Below are positions 10,845 to 21,124 of a stretch of 64,000 nt of DNA, piece by piece. The DNA is taken from NCBI GenBank assembly GCA_047284725.1, contig JBJBEO010000001.1, forward strand, positions 608,001-672,000, in the 5' to 3' direction. The translations under genes and the position numbers were made by a program. The number at the start of each line of letters is the position of its first letter. Within the stretch, counting starts at the first letter, position 1. The notes under the pieces are model-generated. The model was not told where the DNA came from and searched no databases. It saw nothing but the letters and a program-made list of their open reading frames with translations. The DNA comes from Synechococcus sp. Its GTDB lineage: Bacteria > Cyanobacteriota > Cyanobacteriia > PCC-6307 > Cyanobiaceae.

Positions 10845-11831
10845 TCAGGCCGCCACGGGTTGCTCAATGATGCCGGTGGGCACGTCGGCAAACATCACTG
10901 AGGAGAGATAGCGCTCGGCCAGGTCGGGGAGCACCACCACGATGGTTTTCCCGGCATAGGCATCCTGATGCGCAAGGCGGATGGCGGCAGCCGCAGCAGC
11001 ACCACAGGAGATGCCCACCAGCAGACCTTCCTCCTTGGCGAGGCGCAGAGCCATCTCAACGGATTCGTCGTTGGTGACCTGCTCCACCTTGTCGACCACG
11101 GAAAGGTCGAGGTTCTTGGGGATGAAACCGGCGCCGATGCCCTGGATCTTGTGAGGTCCAGGCTTGACCTCTTCCCCATTCATGGTCTGGGTGATCACGG
11201 GGCTGTGGCTGGGTTCCACGGCAACGGACTCAATCGCTTTGCCGGCCTCGTTTTTGATGTAGCGCGACACGCCGGTGATGGTGCCCCCGGTGCCGACCCC
11301 GGCGACCAGCACATCAATGGCGCCGTCGCAATCGTTCCAGATCTCAGGGCCAGTGGTTTTTTCGTGAATCTCAGGGTTGGCGGGATTCTCGAACTGGCCA
11401 GGCATGAAGTACTTGGAGGGATCGCTTTCAGCGATTTCCTTGGCTTTGGCGATGGCGCCAGGCATGCCCTTGGCCGCTTCTGTGAGAATGATTTCCGCTC
11501 CCAGCACGGCCATCACGCGGCGACGCTCGATCGACATCGACTCGGGCATCGTGAGGATCAGCTTGTAGCCGCGGGCTGCAGCGGTGTAAGCGAGAGCGAT
11601 GCCGGTGTTGCCGGAGGTGGGCTCGACGATGGTTTTGTCAGCGCTGAGGGCGCCGCGCTTCTCGGCGTCCCAGATCATGTTGGCGCCGATGCGGCACTTC
11701 ACGCTGTAAGCAGGGTTGCGACCTTCGATCTTGGCCAGCACGGTGGCCTTGCAACCTTTGGTGACGTTGTTCAGACGCACCAGGGGGGTGTTGCCGATGG
11801 CTTGGCTGTTATCGGCGTAAACGCGAGACAT
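10845..11831 (-). CDS. cysK: cysteine synthase A
   Basis: [18 protein letters not shown] (PLP Lys), [15 protein letters not shown] and PHKIQGIG. Confidence 0.96.
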   Translation of the reverse strand: MSRVYADNSQAIGNTPLVRLNNVTKGCKATVLAKIEGRNPAYSVKCRIGANMIWDAEKRGALSADKTIVEPTSGNTGIALAYTAAARGYKLILTMPESMSIERRRVMAVLGAEIILTEAAKGMPGAIAKAKEIAESDPSKYFMPGQFENPANPEIHEKTTGPEIWNDCDGAIDVLVAGVGTGGTITGVSRYIKNEAGKAIESVAVEPSHSPVITQTMNGEEVKPGPHKIQGIGAGFIPKNLDLSVVDKVEQVTNDESVEMALRLAKEEGLLVGISCGAAAAAAIRLAHQDAYAGKTIVVVLPDLAERYLSSVMFADVPTGIIEQPVAA

Positions 11832-12021
11832 GGGAGAGATGAAGCAGGTTGCCCAAGTTGGGCAACATAGATACAGCACTGGGGAGATGCCGCGCTCTTT
11901 AAGGGCATTTTCAGACTTTGACAAGCCCGTTGCTTTGCCCCTCTGAGCGCGCAGTCGAGTCACTCTGCTGGTGCTGTCAGCGTGCTCAGAGGGGCAAAGC
12001 AACGGGCTTCGTTGTTCGGTC

Positions 12022-13494
12022 CTAAACCGCCAAGGCCCGTTCAAATCGCTGCCAAAGCTGTTGTGGGTCCTCCATGCCAACCGATACGCGCAACAGATGG
12101 GCGGACACGCCGCAGGATGCGGCCCACGCGAGTTCGTCGTAGTGAGCCAGCAAGACGTAGGGGCAGCAGAGGCTGAAATGGGTGCCGAGGCTGGGACCCT
12201 TGCACACCTCCAGGGCGTCGTAGACCCGTTCAGCCTCCGCCAGGCCGCCCTTCAGTTCGAACGACAGCAGGCATCCGTTGCCTCCTCCAGGTCTGAGCAG
12301 GGCCTGAAAGCTTTCACATTGCGTGGGATGCATGACCCGCTGGATCGCTGGGTGACGCTGCAGGCGTTCGGCCAAGGCGCTGCAGTTGTCGTTCAGCTGC
12401 GGAATGCGTTGGAGCACATCGCGACTGCATTCTTCCAGAACCAGGGCATCGGCATCCCCCAACGCAGCAGGGGCATTGGTGAGGGCAGAGCGAAAGCGTT
12501 CATGCCAGCGGGAGAAAGGACTCACCACCAGAGCCCCGGCCAGTACATCGCCACGACCGGCGAAGCTTTTGGTGAGGGAGCTGAACACCAGATCGGCGTA
12601 GGGCAAGGCGTCGATATTCACGCCCGATCCGATCGTGTCGTCGGCGATCACTACCACGCCCCGATCGTGGGCCAAGGCGGAGAGCTGGATCAGATCCACG
12701 CACTGCAGCATGGGGTTGCTCGGCAGCTCCACCACCACCGCCGCTGGTTGCAGTTCGTCGAGCTTGGCGGCGATGGCTGTGGCGGAGGCATCGGTGAGCA
12801 GTTCGGCCCCTGCAAACACCACCTGCGGCAGCTTCAGCACATCCACATAGGGGAAGCCCACCTGGAGTGTGGGTCTCCCGGGTGCGAGAGCATCCACCAG
12901 GAGCAGGGCGCTGTGGAGGGCCGCCATGCCTGAGGGGTGCAGGCTGATGCGGTCACGACCGCAGTTGTAGATGCCGTTGAGACGAGCGCGAACCAGGGCC
13001 CGTGCCTGCTCTCCGCTCTCCGGAGACGGAGCGGTGGCACGGCTGAGGGCGATCGCGGCCTGACGCGAACTCACGCCTAAACCAGCGTGTTGCCAAAAGG
13101 CTTTCGCTGCTCCGCTGGCTGCTGCATCGGTGAGCAGAATCCGCAGTTGATCCTTGGACAGGATCCGAGCCTCTGCGTCGGGTGCGGCCCGCTGGCAATG
13201 GGCCAGAGCCGCTTGTGCAGCAGCGTCCGTTGGGTAAGGCCAGGCCTGGAATCCAGCCGGGCATCCAGCCGTTTCCAACACACTGCCGACCAGGTCTGCC
13301 ACCAGCGGATGGAAGCCAAAACGTGGATACACAGCCCGTAAGCGACTGCGACAGCTTGGGTCTTTTTCTTCGTAGGCCACCACATCGCGCCAGCGGGGCA
13401 GGGCAACCGACACAGCATGGAGGCTGTCCGGCAGCGGATGGCCCAGATCTTTGCCCTGCCAACAGGGGTCGGTGAGCAGATCGCGCTGGATCAC
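12022..13494 (-). CDS. PLP-dependent transsulfuration enzyme (cystathionine gamma-synthase-like, long form)
   Basis: [20 protein letters not shown] (PLP Lys), KGPSLGT and LLRVSVGME. Confidence 0.8.
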   Translation of the reverse strand: MIQRDLLTDPCWQGKDLGHPLPDSLHAVSVALPRWRDVVAYEEKDPSCRSRLRAVYPRFGFHPLVADLVGSVLETAGCPAGFQAWPYPTDAAAQAALAHCQRAAPDAEARILSKDQLRILLTDAAASGAAKAFWQHAGLGVSSRQAAIALSRATAPSPESGEQARALVRARLNGIYNCGRDRISLHPSGMAALHSALLLVDALAPGRPTLQVGFPYVDVLKLPQVVFAGAELLTDASATAIAAKLDELQPAAVVVELPSNPMLQCVDLIQLSALAHDRGVVVIADDTIGSGVNIDALPYADLVFSSLTKSFAGRGDVLAGALVVSPFSRWHERFRSALTNAPAALGDADALVLEECSRDVLQRIPQLNDNCSALAERLQRHPAIQRVMHPTQCESFQALLRPGGGNGCLLSFELKGGLAEAERVYDALEVCKGPSLGTHFSLCCPYVLLAHYDELAWAASCGVSAHLLRVSVGMEDPQQLWQRFERALAV

Positions 13495-14660
13495 AGCAGC
13501 TGAATCAGCGCCTGATCGAGGTCTGCGATCAGATCGTCCGGGTCTTCACAGCCGAGCGACAGACGCACGAGTCCATCGCTGATGCCCAGCTTTTCTTTCA
13601 CCTCAGGGGCGACGGCCGCATGGGTCATGGTGGCGGGATGGCAGATCAGGCTTTCAACGCCCCCCAGACTTTCGGCCATCGTGAACCAGTGCAGGGCCTT
13701 GCAAACGGCATAGGCCTGATCGCGGTTCGCGTTGAGGCCGATGGTCACAATCGCGCCACCACCCTGCATCTGGCGTTGGGCCACGTCCTGCTGGGGATGG
13801 TCGGCGCGGAGGGGGTACCGCACCCAGGCAACGGCGGGATGGCAGGCGAGATGATCAGCCACGGCTGCGGCATTGGCCATCTGTTGCCTTAGCCGCAGGG
13901 GCAGCGTTTTGATGCCTCGGGTGATCAGCCAGCAGTCAAAGGGGGAGGGCATCAGGCCCAGTGCCTTCTGGGCGAACACCATCGCTTGGTGCCAGTCCGG
14001 ATCGTCTGTGCAGACGGCGCCGCCAAGGGCATCGGAGTGCCCGTTGATGTATTTGGTGGTGCTGGTCAGCGACAGGGTGGCTCCCAGTTCCAGTGGCCGT
14101 TGCACCAGGGCTGTGGCGAAGGTGTTGTCGACCACGACGGGGACGCCGGCAGCACGGGCTGCAGCCCCCACGGCGGCAAGATCGATCACCTTGAGCAGGG
14201 GATTCGTGGGACTTTCCAGCCACACCATGGCCGGCTTGCGGCTGGCCATGCTGGCCAGGGCGGTTGCATCGGTGAAATCCACCCATTCAGTGCGCACACC
14301 GAACTTGGCGAATACCTGCTCGAACAGGCGCACGGTGCAGCCATAGAGATTCTCTTCGCACAGCACCAAATCACCCTGCTTCAGGGTGGAGGCAATGGCT
14401 GTGATCGCACTGACACCGGAGCCGAACACCGTGGCGTGGGCGCAGTGTTCCACGGATGCCAGCACTCCTTCAAGGATGCGGAAGTTGGGGTTGCCTGAAC
14501 GGGTGTAATCAAAGCCCTCAGGGTTGCCGTGGGCAAAGGTGGAGGTGGCGTAGATCGGCGGCATCACCGTGCCTGTTTCCGCTGCGAAGCTGTTGCCGTG
14601 GTGAATCGCCCGGGTGGAGACCGCTGGGGATGGCTTGGGATGGGAAGAGTCGGTCGCCAC
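13491..14660 (-). CDS. cystathionine gamma-synthase / beta-lyase family enzyme
   Basis: YTRSGNP, ESPTNP, DNTFAT, STTKYINGHSD, AESLGGVESL and RLSLGCE. Confidence 0.9.
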   Translation of the reverse strand: MATDSSHPKPSPAVSTRAIHHGNSFAAETGTVMPPIYATSTFAHGNPEGFDYTRSGNPNFRILEGVLASVEHCAHATVFGSGVSAITAIASTLKQGDLVLCEENLYGCTVRLFEQVFAKFGVRTEWVDFTDATALASMASRKPAMVWLESPTNPLLKVIDLAAVGAAARAAGVPVVVDNTFATALVQRPLELGATLSLTSTTKYINGHSDALGGAVCTDDPDWHQAMVFAQKALGLMPSPFDCWLITRGIKTLPLRLRQQMANAAAVADHLACHPAVAWVRYPLRADHPQQDVAQRQMQGGGAIVTIGLNANRDQAYAVCKALHWFTMAESLGGVESLICHPATMTHAAVAPEVKEKLGISDGLVRLSLGCEDPDDLIADLDQALIQLL

Positions 14661-14749
14661 GGATCAGTCGAGAGGGAGCGCCTGCAGCGCCGATCGAACC
14701 ATGCAGGCTAGGCAATGGCCTGAAAGCAGGATCCTGACGCCTGTCCATG

Positions 14750-14777
14750 AAAAAGCCCCCCGCGCTGGCGGGAGGCT
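14750..14777 (-). terminator. rho-independent terminator after rpsD
   Basis: Minus strand AGCCTCCCGC-CAGC-GCGGGGGGCT hairpin followed by TTTT. Confidence 0.75.
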
Positions 14778-14797
14778 CCATTGCTGTTGATCTGGGA

Positions 14798-15406
14798 TCA
14801 GACCTTGCGGGAGTAGTACTCCACCACCAGCAGTTCGTTGATCTCAAGAGCAACCCACTCACGCTCGGAGCGGCCAATCACCTTGGCGCTGAGCTTGCTC
14901 TTGTCGAGCTCAAGGTGGGGCGGCACGTTGGCCAGACCGGGGAATTCCAGGTTGGCTTCGGCCAGCTTCTTGCTGCACTTGCGCTCGCGGATGGCGATCA
15001 CGTCGCCGGGCTTGCACTGGTAGCTGGCGATGTCGGTGACGCGGCCATTCACGGTCACGTGGCCATGGTTCACCAGCTGACGGGCGCCAGGCACGGTGGG
15101 GCCAAAGCCGAGGCGGAAACAAACATTGTCGAGACGGTTCTCGAGCAGTTTCAGCAGGTTGGTTCCAGTGGAACCTTCCTGGGCGCGCGCTTTCTTCACG
15201 TAACGCACGAGCTGACGCTCGGAAACGCCGTAGTTGAAGCGAAGCTTCTGCTTCTCTTCGAGGCGGATCGCGTATTCAGAGCGCTTGCGACGGGCTTGGC
15301 CGTGCTGACCGGGTGGATAGGACCGCTTTGCGGCCTTCCGGGTGAGACCGGGAAGGTCTCCCAAGCGCCGCGTGATCCTCAGGCGAGGGCCGCGGTAACG
15401 AGACAT
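14798..15406 (-). CDS. rpsD: 30S ribosomal protein S4
   Basis: [16 protein letters not shown]...LLENRLDN...ARQLVNHGH...VVEYYSR; 202 aa. Confidence 0.98.
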   Translation of the reverse strand: MSRYRGPRLRITRRLGDLPGLTRKAAKRSYPPGQHGQARRKRSEYAIRLEEKQKLRFNYGVSERQLVRYVKKARAQEGSTGTNLLKLLENRLDNVCFRLGFGPTVPGARQLVNHGHVTVNGRVTDIASYQCKPGDVIAIRERKCSKKLAEANLEFPGLANVPPHLELDKSKLSAKVIGRSEREWVALEINELLVVEYYSRKV

Positions 15407-15457
15407 GGGATGGAAATCGGAGAACGATCGAGCATCTGAATCAGGCATGCTGGGCTG

Positions 15458-15745
15458 GTGGGCCGCGCTCCTGCTTTGACGCACGAATCAACAATCGTAT
15501 CTGGCGGACCTGCGGCAGCTCTGAACAAGCTGCTCGCGGCTGTGATGTTGGCGTTGATCGGGTTGTATCGCAGCTGGATCTCGCCGTTGCTCGGCCCACG
15601 CTGCCGCTTTGTTCCCACCTGCAGTGCCTATGGCCTGGAGGCGATCCAACGCCATGGCCCCTGGCGGGGAGGCTGGCTCACTTTGCGTCGTCTGTTGCGA
15701 TGCCATCCCTTCACTCCCTGTGGCTGTGATCCCGTTCCCGACTGA
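15458..15745 (+). CDS. yidD: membrane protein insertion efficiency factor YidD
   Basis: [18 protein letters not shown]...RLLRCHPF...DPVP; start approximate. Confidence 0.9.
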   Translation: MGRAPALTHESTIVSGGPAAALNKLLAAVMLALIGLYRSWISPLLGPRCRFVPTCSAYGLEAIQRHGPWRGGWLTLRRLLRCHPFTPCGCDPVPD

Positions 15746-16034
15746 CGGCCAAACGCTGATCCTTTACAGCCGCCGGGGTTGCTGTTTGTGTGAGGGATTG
15801 GAGCAGCGCCTTCGCAGCCTGCCTCTGGCCTCACTCCACCCTCCGTTGCAGCTCCAGGTGATCGATATCGATGCCGTCGGGGTGGATCCGTCCCTGCGAG
15901 CTCGTTATGACCTGGAAGTCCCCGTGTTGTCGCTGGGCTCGATTCCCCTTCCCAGAGTGTCTCCCAGGCTTCAGGGAGACAGTTTGTACAGCTGGTTACA
16001 ACGGGCCTGTACCAGTGCGCTTGGATCGGACTAG
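15726..16034 (+). CDS. glutaredoxin-like protein (DUF836 type)
   Basis: [13 protein letters not shown] (CxxC) and RYDLEVPVL; start approximate. Confidence 0.8.
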   Translation: MIPFPTDGQTLILYSRRGCCLCEGLEQRLRSLPLASLHPPLQLQVIDIDAVGVDPSLRARYDLEVPVLSLGSIPLPRVSPRLQGDSLYSWLQRACTSALGSD

Positions 16035-16061
16035 AACTGCACCACCGATGGTGCTTGGCTG

Positions 16062-17597
16062 ATGGCTCAGACACTCCATGCACTGCTCCACGCGGTTGAT
16101 CTGCCCGTGGTGGAAAGCCTCCCCAATCCTGCGATTGCAGCCCTCACCTGTGATTCCCGCTGCGTCGGTCCAGGGTCACTGTTTCTGGGCCTTCCCGGGG
16201 AACGCGTCGATGGAGGCAGTTTCTGGCGTCAGACCTTGAAAGATGGCGCAGCGGCGGCTGTGATCGGATCGGCCGCTGCAGCGGCCGATCCCCCCGGTCC
16301 CAACGATGCTGTGGTGGTGGTTCCAGATCCGGTGGCCCACTGGCTCGGTGCGTTGGCTGCTGCGTTCTGGCAACACCCTTCGCGGCGCATGACCTTGGTG
16401 GGTGTCACGGGCACCAACGGCAAAACCACCGTGACGCATCTGATCGAACATCTGTGTGAGCAGACCGGGCGGCCTTCCGCGCTGTTCGGCACCCTGGTGA
16501 ACCGCTGGCCAGGCCGCACGGTCACCTCCACCCACACCACGGCCTTTGCGGATCACCTGCAAGCGCAGTTGGCTGAAGCGGTGGCAGCCGGTACGCAGGT
16601 GGCGGCCATGGAAGTGAGTTCTCACGCCCTGGATCAGGGGCGTGTTGCCGGCTGTCAGTTTTCGGCCGCGGTGTTCACCAATCTCACCCAAGACCATCTC
16701 GACTATCACCCGTCGATGGAGGCCTACTTCGAGGCCAAAGCACGGCTCTTCCGTGATCCTCTTCTCCTGAGCAACGGCCCCTGTGCCGTGGTCAATGTCG
16801 ATGACCCCTGGGGGCAGCGTCTGGCGGATCAGTTGGGTGAACGCTGCTGGCGTTGTTCGCTGCAACCGGACCGGACGGACGGGGAGGTGGAGCTCACCAT
16901 GACAGACCTGCTCATGACTGCCTCCGGCGTGAGAGGCCAGATCGTGACTCCCGTTGGATCGGCTCCTTTTCAGTCTCCCCTGGTGGGTGACTTCAACCTG
17001 ATGAACCTGCTTGAGGCGGTGGGGGTGCTGGTGCAGTTGGGGATGCCGCTGCCCTTGTTGCTGGACGCTGCAGCCTGTTTCAAGGGCGTGCCAGGACGGA
17101 TGGAGCGGGTGATGCTGCCCACGGCGCCGTCTCAGGCTGCGTTGCCCTCGGTGCTGGTGGATTATGCCCATACCCCCGATGGCCTGCGCAATGCCCTCGC
17201 CGCATGCCGCCCTTTTGTGGATGGTTCCCTGGTGTGTGTGTTCGGTTGCGGTGGGGACCGTGATCGTGGCAAACGGCCTCAGATGGCTGCGGTGGCAGCT
17301 GAGTTGGCCGACCGGGTTGTGGTCACCTCGGATAATCCCCGCACAGAGGATCCCCAGCAGATCCTTGACGATGTGGTAGCGGGTCTGTCTCCTGATGCCT
17401 CCAAGGTGGTGGAGGCTGACCGCGCTCAAGCCATTGCCCTGGCGATTCGTGATGCTCAGCCAGACGACCTGGTCTTGATCGCTGGGAAAGGTCATGAGGA
17501 TTATCAGATCCTTGGCACCAGCAAAATTCACTTTGACGACCGAGAACAGGCTGAGCTGGCACTGCGCCAATCTCTGCGCGTCAATCAGCTGGGGTAG
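16062..17597 (+). CDS. murE: UDP-N-acetylmuramoyl-tripeptide synthetase
   Basis: [38 protein letters not shown] and AGKGHE. Confidence 0.96.
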   Translation: MAQTLHALLHAVDLPVVESLPNPAIAALTCDSRCVGPGSLFLGLPGERVDGGSFWRQTLKDGAAAAVIGSAAAAADPPGPNDAVVVVPDPVAHWLGALAAAFWQHPSRRMTLVGVTGTNGKTTVTHLIEHLCEQTGRPSALFGTLVNRWPGRTVTSTHTTAFADHLQAQLAEAVAAGTQVAAMEVSSHALDQGRVAGCQFSAAVFTNLTQDHLDYHPSMEAYFEAKARLFRDPLLLSNGPCAVVNVDDPWGQRLADQLGERCWRCSLQPDRTDGEVELTMTDLLMTASGVRGQIVTPVGSAPFQSPLVGDFNLMNLLEAVGVLVQLGMPLPLLLDAAACFKGVPGRMERVMLPTAPSQAALPSVLVDYAHTPDGLRNALAACRPFVDGSLVCVFGCGGDRDRGKRPQMAAVAAELADRVVVTSDNPRTEDPQQILDDVVAGLSPDASKVVEADRAQAIALAIRDAQPDDLVLIAGKGHEDYQILGTSKIHFDDREQAELALRQSLRVNQLG

Positions 17598-18691
17598 TAG
17601 TAAAACGCTGCTCCAAAGATTGAGAATGTTCCCAGCAACAAGACCCCCTCCAGCCAGTTTGATTTGGCATCCATGCCGACCAGGTTCACAATGAGCACGC
17701 TGAACAACAGTGCCAGGATTTCGAAGCCCTCGAAATCAAGATTCATGGGCTGATCAAGGAATGTCGCTGTGATCACAAGGGCAGGAGCGATCAGCAAAGC
17801 GACCAACAGGCTGGATCCCATCGCCAACGAGATCGGAAGATCCATTTCATTGTTCAACGCTCCTTTCACAGCGGGTACATATTCAGAAAATCCGCCGATG
17901 ATTGGAATGATGATCACGCCTGTGAACAGTGCGCTGAATCCCATCTGATCGGTTGCTGGCTCAAGAAAATGGATAAAGGCCTCAGATTGGAAAGCAAGAC
18001 ATGCGGTGCTCAAGATGAGCTGCAGGATCCAGGGGGCAACGGCGGTTGGAGGGTTGTCGTCGTCTTCATCAACGTGTTGAGATGATGGGGGGTCGAAAAG
18101 ATGGCTGTGTGTGGCCAGTGAAAAAAGAAGCGTTAAAAAGTAGATGGCAATGAGGATGATTGCCACAGTCACGGATAAGCCATGAATGGCGTGCACGTCG
18201 TCAATCCCTGATGTGCTAATCAAGGAGGCGGGAAGGGCTAATGCAATCACCGCGAGGGTCATCGTGGCTCCATGGGTGCGCACCATGGTGGGCTGAAAAT
18301 TTTGCTCGCTAAATCGCAGGCCTCCTACAAGCATGGCCAGGCCTGTAATCAGTAGCAGGTCGGAGAGAATCGCTCCTGTAATACTGGCTTTCACGACATC
18401 GATAAGGCCTGCACGTAGGGCCGCCAGTGCGATCACGAATTCGGCACAGTTGCCAAATGTAGCGGTGCAAATGGCTCCAATCGTTGGACCACTCAGCCTC
18501 GCAATCTCTTCTGTCGCGTCACTCAACAGCAGGGCGATTGGAATAATGCCAAGACCCGCCAGAATGAAGCCAGCCTCAGTGTTCCAGTGTGCATTGACGG
18601 CCAGTTGTGTCAGGGCAAGCATGGTGATGGCGGGGATCATTTTCCACCGTCCGTGCCTGAAGAAGGCCAGAGAATGCGTTAAGGCTCCCAT
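17585..18691 (-). CDS. Ca2+/H+ antiporter (CaCA/CAX family)
   Basis: About 11 TM segments, alpha-1 repeat ATFGNCAE, acidic central loop (DEDDD), alpha-2 repeat [12 protein letters not shown]...GSS and C-terminal SNWLEG. Confidence 0.88.
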   Translation of the reverse strand: MGALTHSLAFFRHGRWKMIPAITMLALTQLAVNAHWNTEAGFILAGLGIIPIALLLSDATEEIARLSGPTIGAICTATFGNCAEFVIALAALRAGLIDVVKASITGAILSDLLLITGLAMLVGGLRFSEQNFQPTMVRTHGATMTLAVIALALPASLISTSGIDDVHAIHGLSVTVAIILIAIYFLTLLFSLATHSHLFDPPSSQHVDEDDDNPPTAVAPWILQLILSTACLAFQSEAFIHFLEPATDQMGFSALFTGVIIIPIIGGFSEYVPAVKGALNNEMDLPISLAMGSSLLVALLIAPALVITATFLDQPMNLDFEGFEILALLFSVLIVNLVGMDAKSNWLEGVLLLGTFSIFGAAFYYYPS

Positions 18692-19803
18692 CGCTGTGCT
18701 CCAAAAAATGTCAATTCGACATAGTCGCTGGCTTGGTTGTCGGAGTCAGTGAGATCAAACGTCATGCCATCGGCATTGAGTACTTTGATCGTTTTCAGGG
18801 CCTTCAACAATGTCTCTCGCGTGGGGTTTGGGCCTGCGCGCTCAAGGGCCTCAGTCATCAACTTGGCTGCAATGAACCCCTCGAGACTGGTAAAGCTGAA
18901 GCTTGCGTCTGTATTGGTGGATCGCATTAATTGCTGGTATTCAGCAACAACTGGGATCCAACGGTCCCATGGAAAGGGAACGACCTGGCTGACGCCGATG
19001 CCATTGGCCTGCCCTGCAGGTAGCGAGTCTTCGAGAGCCCTGCTGCCTACGAAGGATACATTCATGATCTGAATATCAAGATTATTCCTGAGAATTGTCT
19101 TGCTTAAAGCCGCTGAGCTGACGTACGCAGAAACGATAATTAAGCCATTGGGTCTGACCTCGTCGATGATACTGAATGCCTTGGCGATGTTGTCAGAGTT
19201 CCTTTGCACAGTGGCAATGCCGGCCGGTGTGAGGTTATGCTTTTTTAAAGCTTTTTTGGCCGCCGAGAGTCCGTCTTGTCCGAAGGCATCATCTTGATAA
19301 ACAATGGCAATTTTTTGTCGCGCGTCACGGACCAGGCTGTCAACGATCTTGTCAATTTCCATGCTGTAACTTGCGCGGAAATTGAACACCATCTTCAAGT
19401 CGGAATCCCTGAGCAGGCTTGCTCCACTCAGGGGGGCAATCAATGGGATCCGCTCGCTCTCAACGATGGGCAGAATGACTTTGGTTGTTGGTGTCCCGAC
19501 ATACCCAAACAAAGCGAGTAGGTCAGTGTTCTGAAGGAATGTCTTGGTGTTCTGGATGGTTCGTTGGGGTTCGTATTGGTCATCCAGGCTGGTGAGCCTG
19601 ATACGGCGCTGATGAATCCCCCCGCGACGATTCACTTCGTTGAACCAGGCAAGAGCGCCTGCTTGGTATTCGCGTCCTAACTGTCCTGACGGACCCGTTA
19701 ACGGAAGTGACTGACCGATGACGACCTGGTTGTCTGATGTTGGTGAATAGGCGCGTCTGCTTTTTTCTGCCGTTGCTTGCGTTGTCGCTAACATTAAACC
19801 CAT
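18679..19803 (-). CDS. orphan periplasmic ligand-binding protein, LivJ/branched-chain amino acid (PBP type I) family
   Basis: IGQSLPLTG, VNRRGGIHQRRIRL..LDDQYEP, YQDDAFG and EGFIAAK; start uncertain because the ORF stays open further upstream into the divergent gene. Confidence 0.85.
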   Translation of the reverse strand: MGLMLATTQATAEKSRRAYSPTSDNQVVIGQSLPLTGPSGQLGREYQAGALAWFNEVNRRGGIHQRRIRLTSLDDQYEPQRTIQNTKTFLQNTDLLALFGYVGTPTTKVILPIVESERIPLIAPLSGASLLRDSDLKMVFNFRASYSMEIDKIVDSLVRDARQKIAIVYQDDAFGQDGLSAAKKALKKHNLTPAGIATVQRNSDNIAKAFSIIDEVRPNGLIIVSAYVSSAALSKTILRNNLDIQIMNVSFVGSRALEDSLPAGQANGIGVSQVVPFPWDRWIPVVAEYQQLMRSTNTDASFSFTSLEGFIAAKLMTEALERAGPNPTRETLLKALKTIKVLNADGMTFDLTDSDNQASDYVELTFFGAQRWEP

Positions 19804-19885
19804 CACAAGCAGCGCTTGGATGACGTTTAGCCGTGTGACTGTCTCTTGATTTGATGATGAACACTGCCTTCCCTTTGGGCCGGAA

Positions 19886-21121
19886 ATGACACGCAAACGC
19901 CGTCGCAGATGGAACATTCTCGCTTTGGTGTCGATCCTGATGGCGGTGATGCTTTCGATCATTGCCCTCAGCAATCTTAATGTTGAAGCGGTTAAAGGGC
20001 GTGATTCCTTGCGTCTTTCTTCCGGTTCTCGTGCTCTCACCACTGATCCCAGGCGTCTGCCTCCCGATGGATGGTCGTCTCTGCGCGGGACCCGTCTGGT
20101 GGGCCCAGAGTTAGAGGCCGATATCAAATCCCTGAATGAAGCTCAATATCGAGTCAGGGTTGGAATCTATGCAAACAGTACCTATGACTTGGATTTAAGC
20201 GTACCAAGTTTTTCGTCGAATGGATACATTTGGCTGCGATGGCAGCAACCCCTCCAGGATTACCTAGATGAGCAGGAGTTGTCGCTGAGTGATCGGATTG
20301 GCCTTGTCAATGTCTTGCTGTCTGACGCGGAGCCCGAATTGATCCCGGTGCAGGAAGAGCCCGTCAAGCTCGAGGATGGAGATTATTATCAGCTGTATAA
20401 ATATGTTGGTCGCTTTTACGTCGATAAGGCGAGCTTCGTGCGTTTTCCCTTCCTTACGGTGAGTCTCCCAATTGCAGTGGAGGCTGTGGATGTTGATGGG
20501 TCGTTTGATTACTCCCGTTTTCGTTTTGAAGCCGATGTTCAGAACAGTGGGATGGGCCTGTATGCAGGAACTGGCATCATTGGATGGCGCAGTCGTGGTT
20601 GGTCAATCGCTGAGTACCGCCATAATTATTCGACCAATTTTGGCCTTGGTGGTGATGAGGATGATTACAGCACTGTGATTTTTGATATCACATTTGGCAC
20701 CTCTTCATGGTCAGCCTTCTGGAGGCTGATTCTTCCTCTGATGGTGGTGATGACGATGGTTCTTCTGGTTTTCAAAGTGCGTCCGGACGAGCAGGATGCA
20801 CGCGCTGGGATTCCCGTCACGGTGTTGCTCACACTGGTCTTTCTTCAGCAGGTTTATCGCGATGAACTTCCCGATTTGCCGTATCTCACCTTTCTTGACA
20901 AGGTCTATGTGATTGCTTATGTCGTGACCTTGGTGGCTTTTGTGCTTTTGATCTGGATCGGTCGACGTTATTCCGACGTTGACAAGATCCCAGAAGGACC
21001 ATTGCGAGACCGTCTGGAAATGCGGCTACAGGTTCTTGATGAGGTCTGGCCTATGGCCATGGTGGTGTTTTGTGCAGTTGCCGTTGCCTTCTCGTGGCTT
21101 TCGATTCCCGCCAGTACTTGA
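19886..21121 (+). CDS. prokaryotic pentameric ligand-gated ion channel (GLIC/ELIC-like Pro-loop receptor)
   Basis: N-terminal basic plus hydrophobic signal or anchor; beta-sandwich ECD motifs VRVGIY..DLD..SF..YIWLRW and Pro-loop RFPF; then 4 TM helices: M1 WRLILPL, M2 RAGIPVTVLLTLVFLQ, M2-M3 loop LPDLPYLTFLD, and M4. Confidence 0.8.
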   Translation: MTRKRRRRWNILALVSILMAVMLSIIALSNLNVEAVKGRDSLRLSSGSRALTTDPRRLPPDGWSSLRGTRLVGPELEADIKSLNEAQYRVRVGIYANSTYDLDLSVPSFSSNGYIWLRWQQPLQDYLDEQELSLSDRIGLVNVLLSDAEPELIPVQEEPVKLEDGDYYQLYKYVGRFYVDKASFVRFPFLTVSLPIAVEAVDVDGSFDYSRFRFEADVQNSGMGLYAGTGIIGWRSRGWSIAEYRHNYSTNFGLGGDEDDYSTVIFDITFGTSSWSAFWRLILPLMVVMTMVLLVFKVRPDEQDARAGIPVTVLLTLVFLQQVYRDELPDLPYLTFLDKVYVIAYVVTLVAFVLLIWIGRRYSDVDKIPEGPLRDRLEMRLQVLDEVWPMAMVVFCAVAVAFSWLSIPAST

Positions 21122-21124
21122 CGT

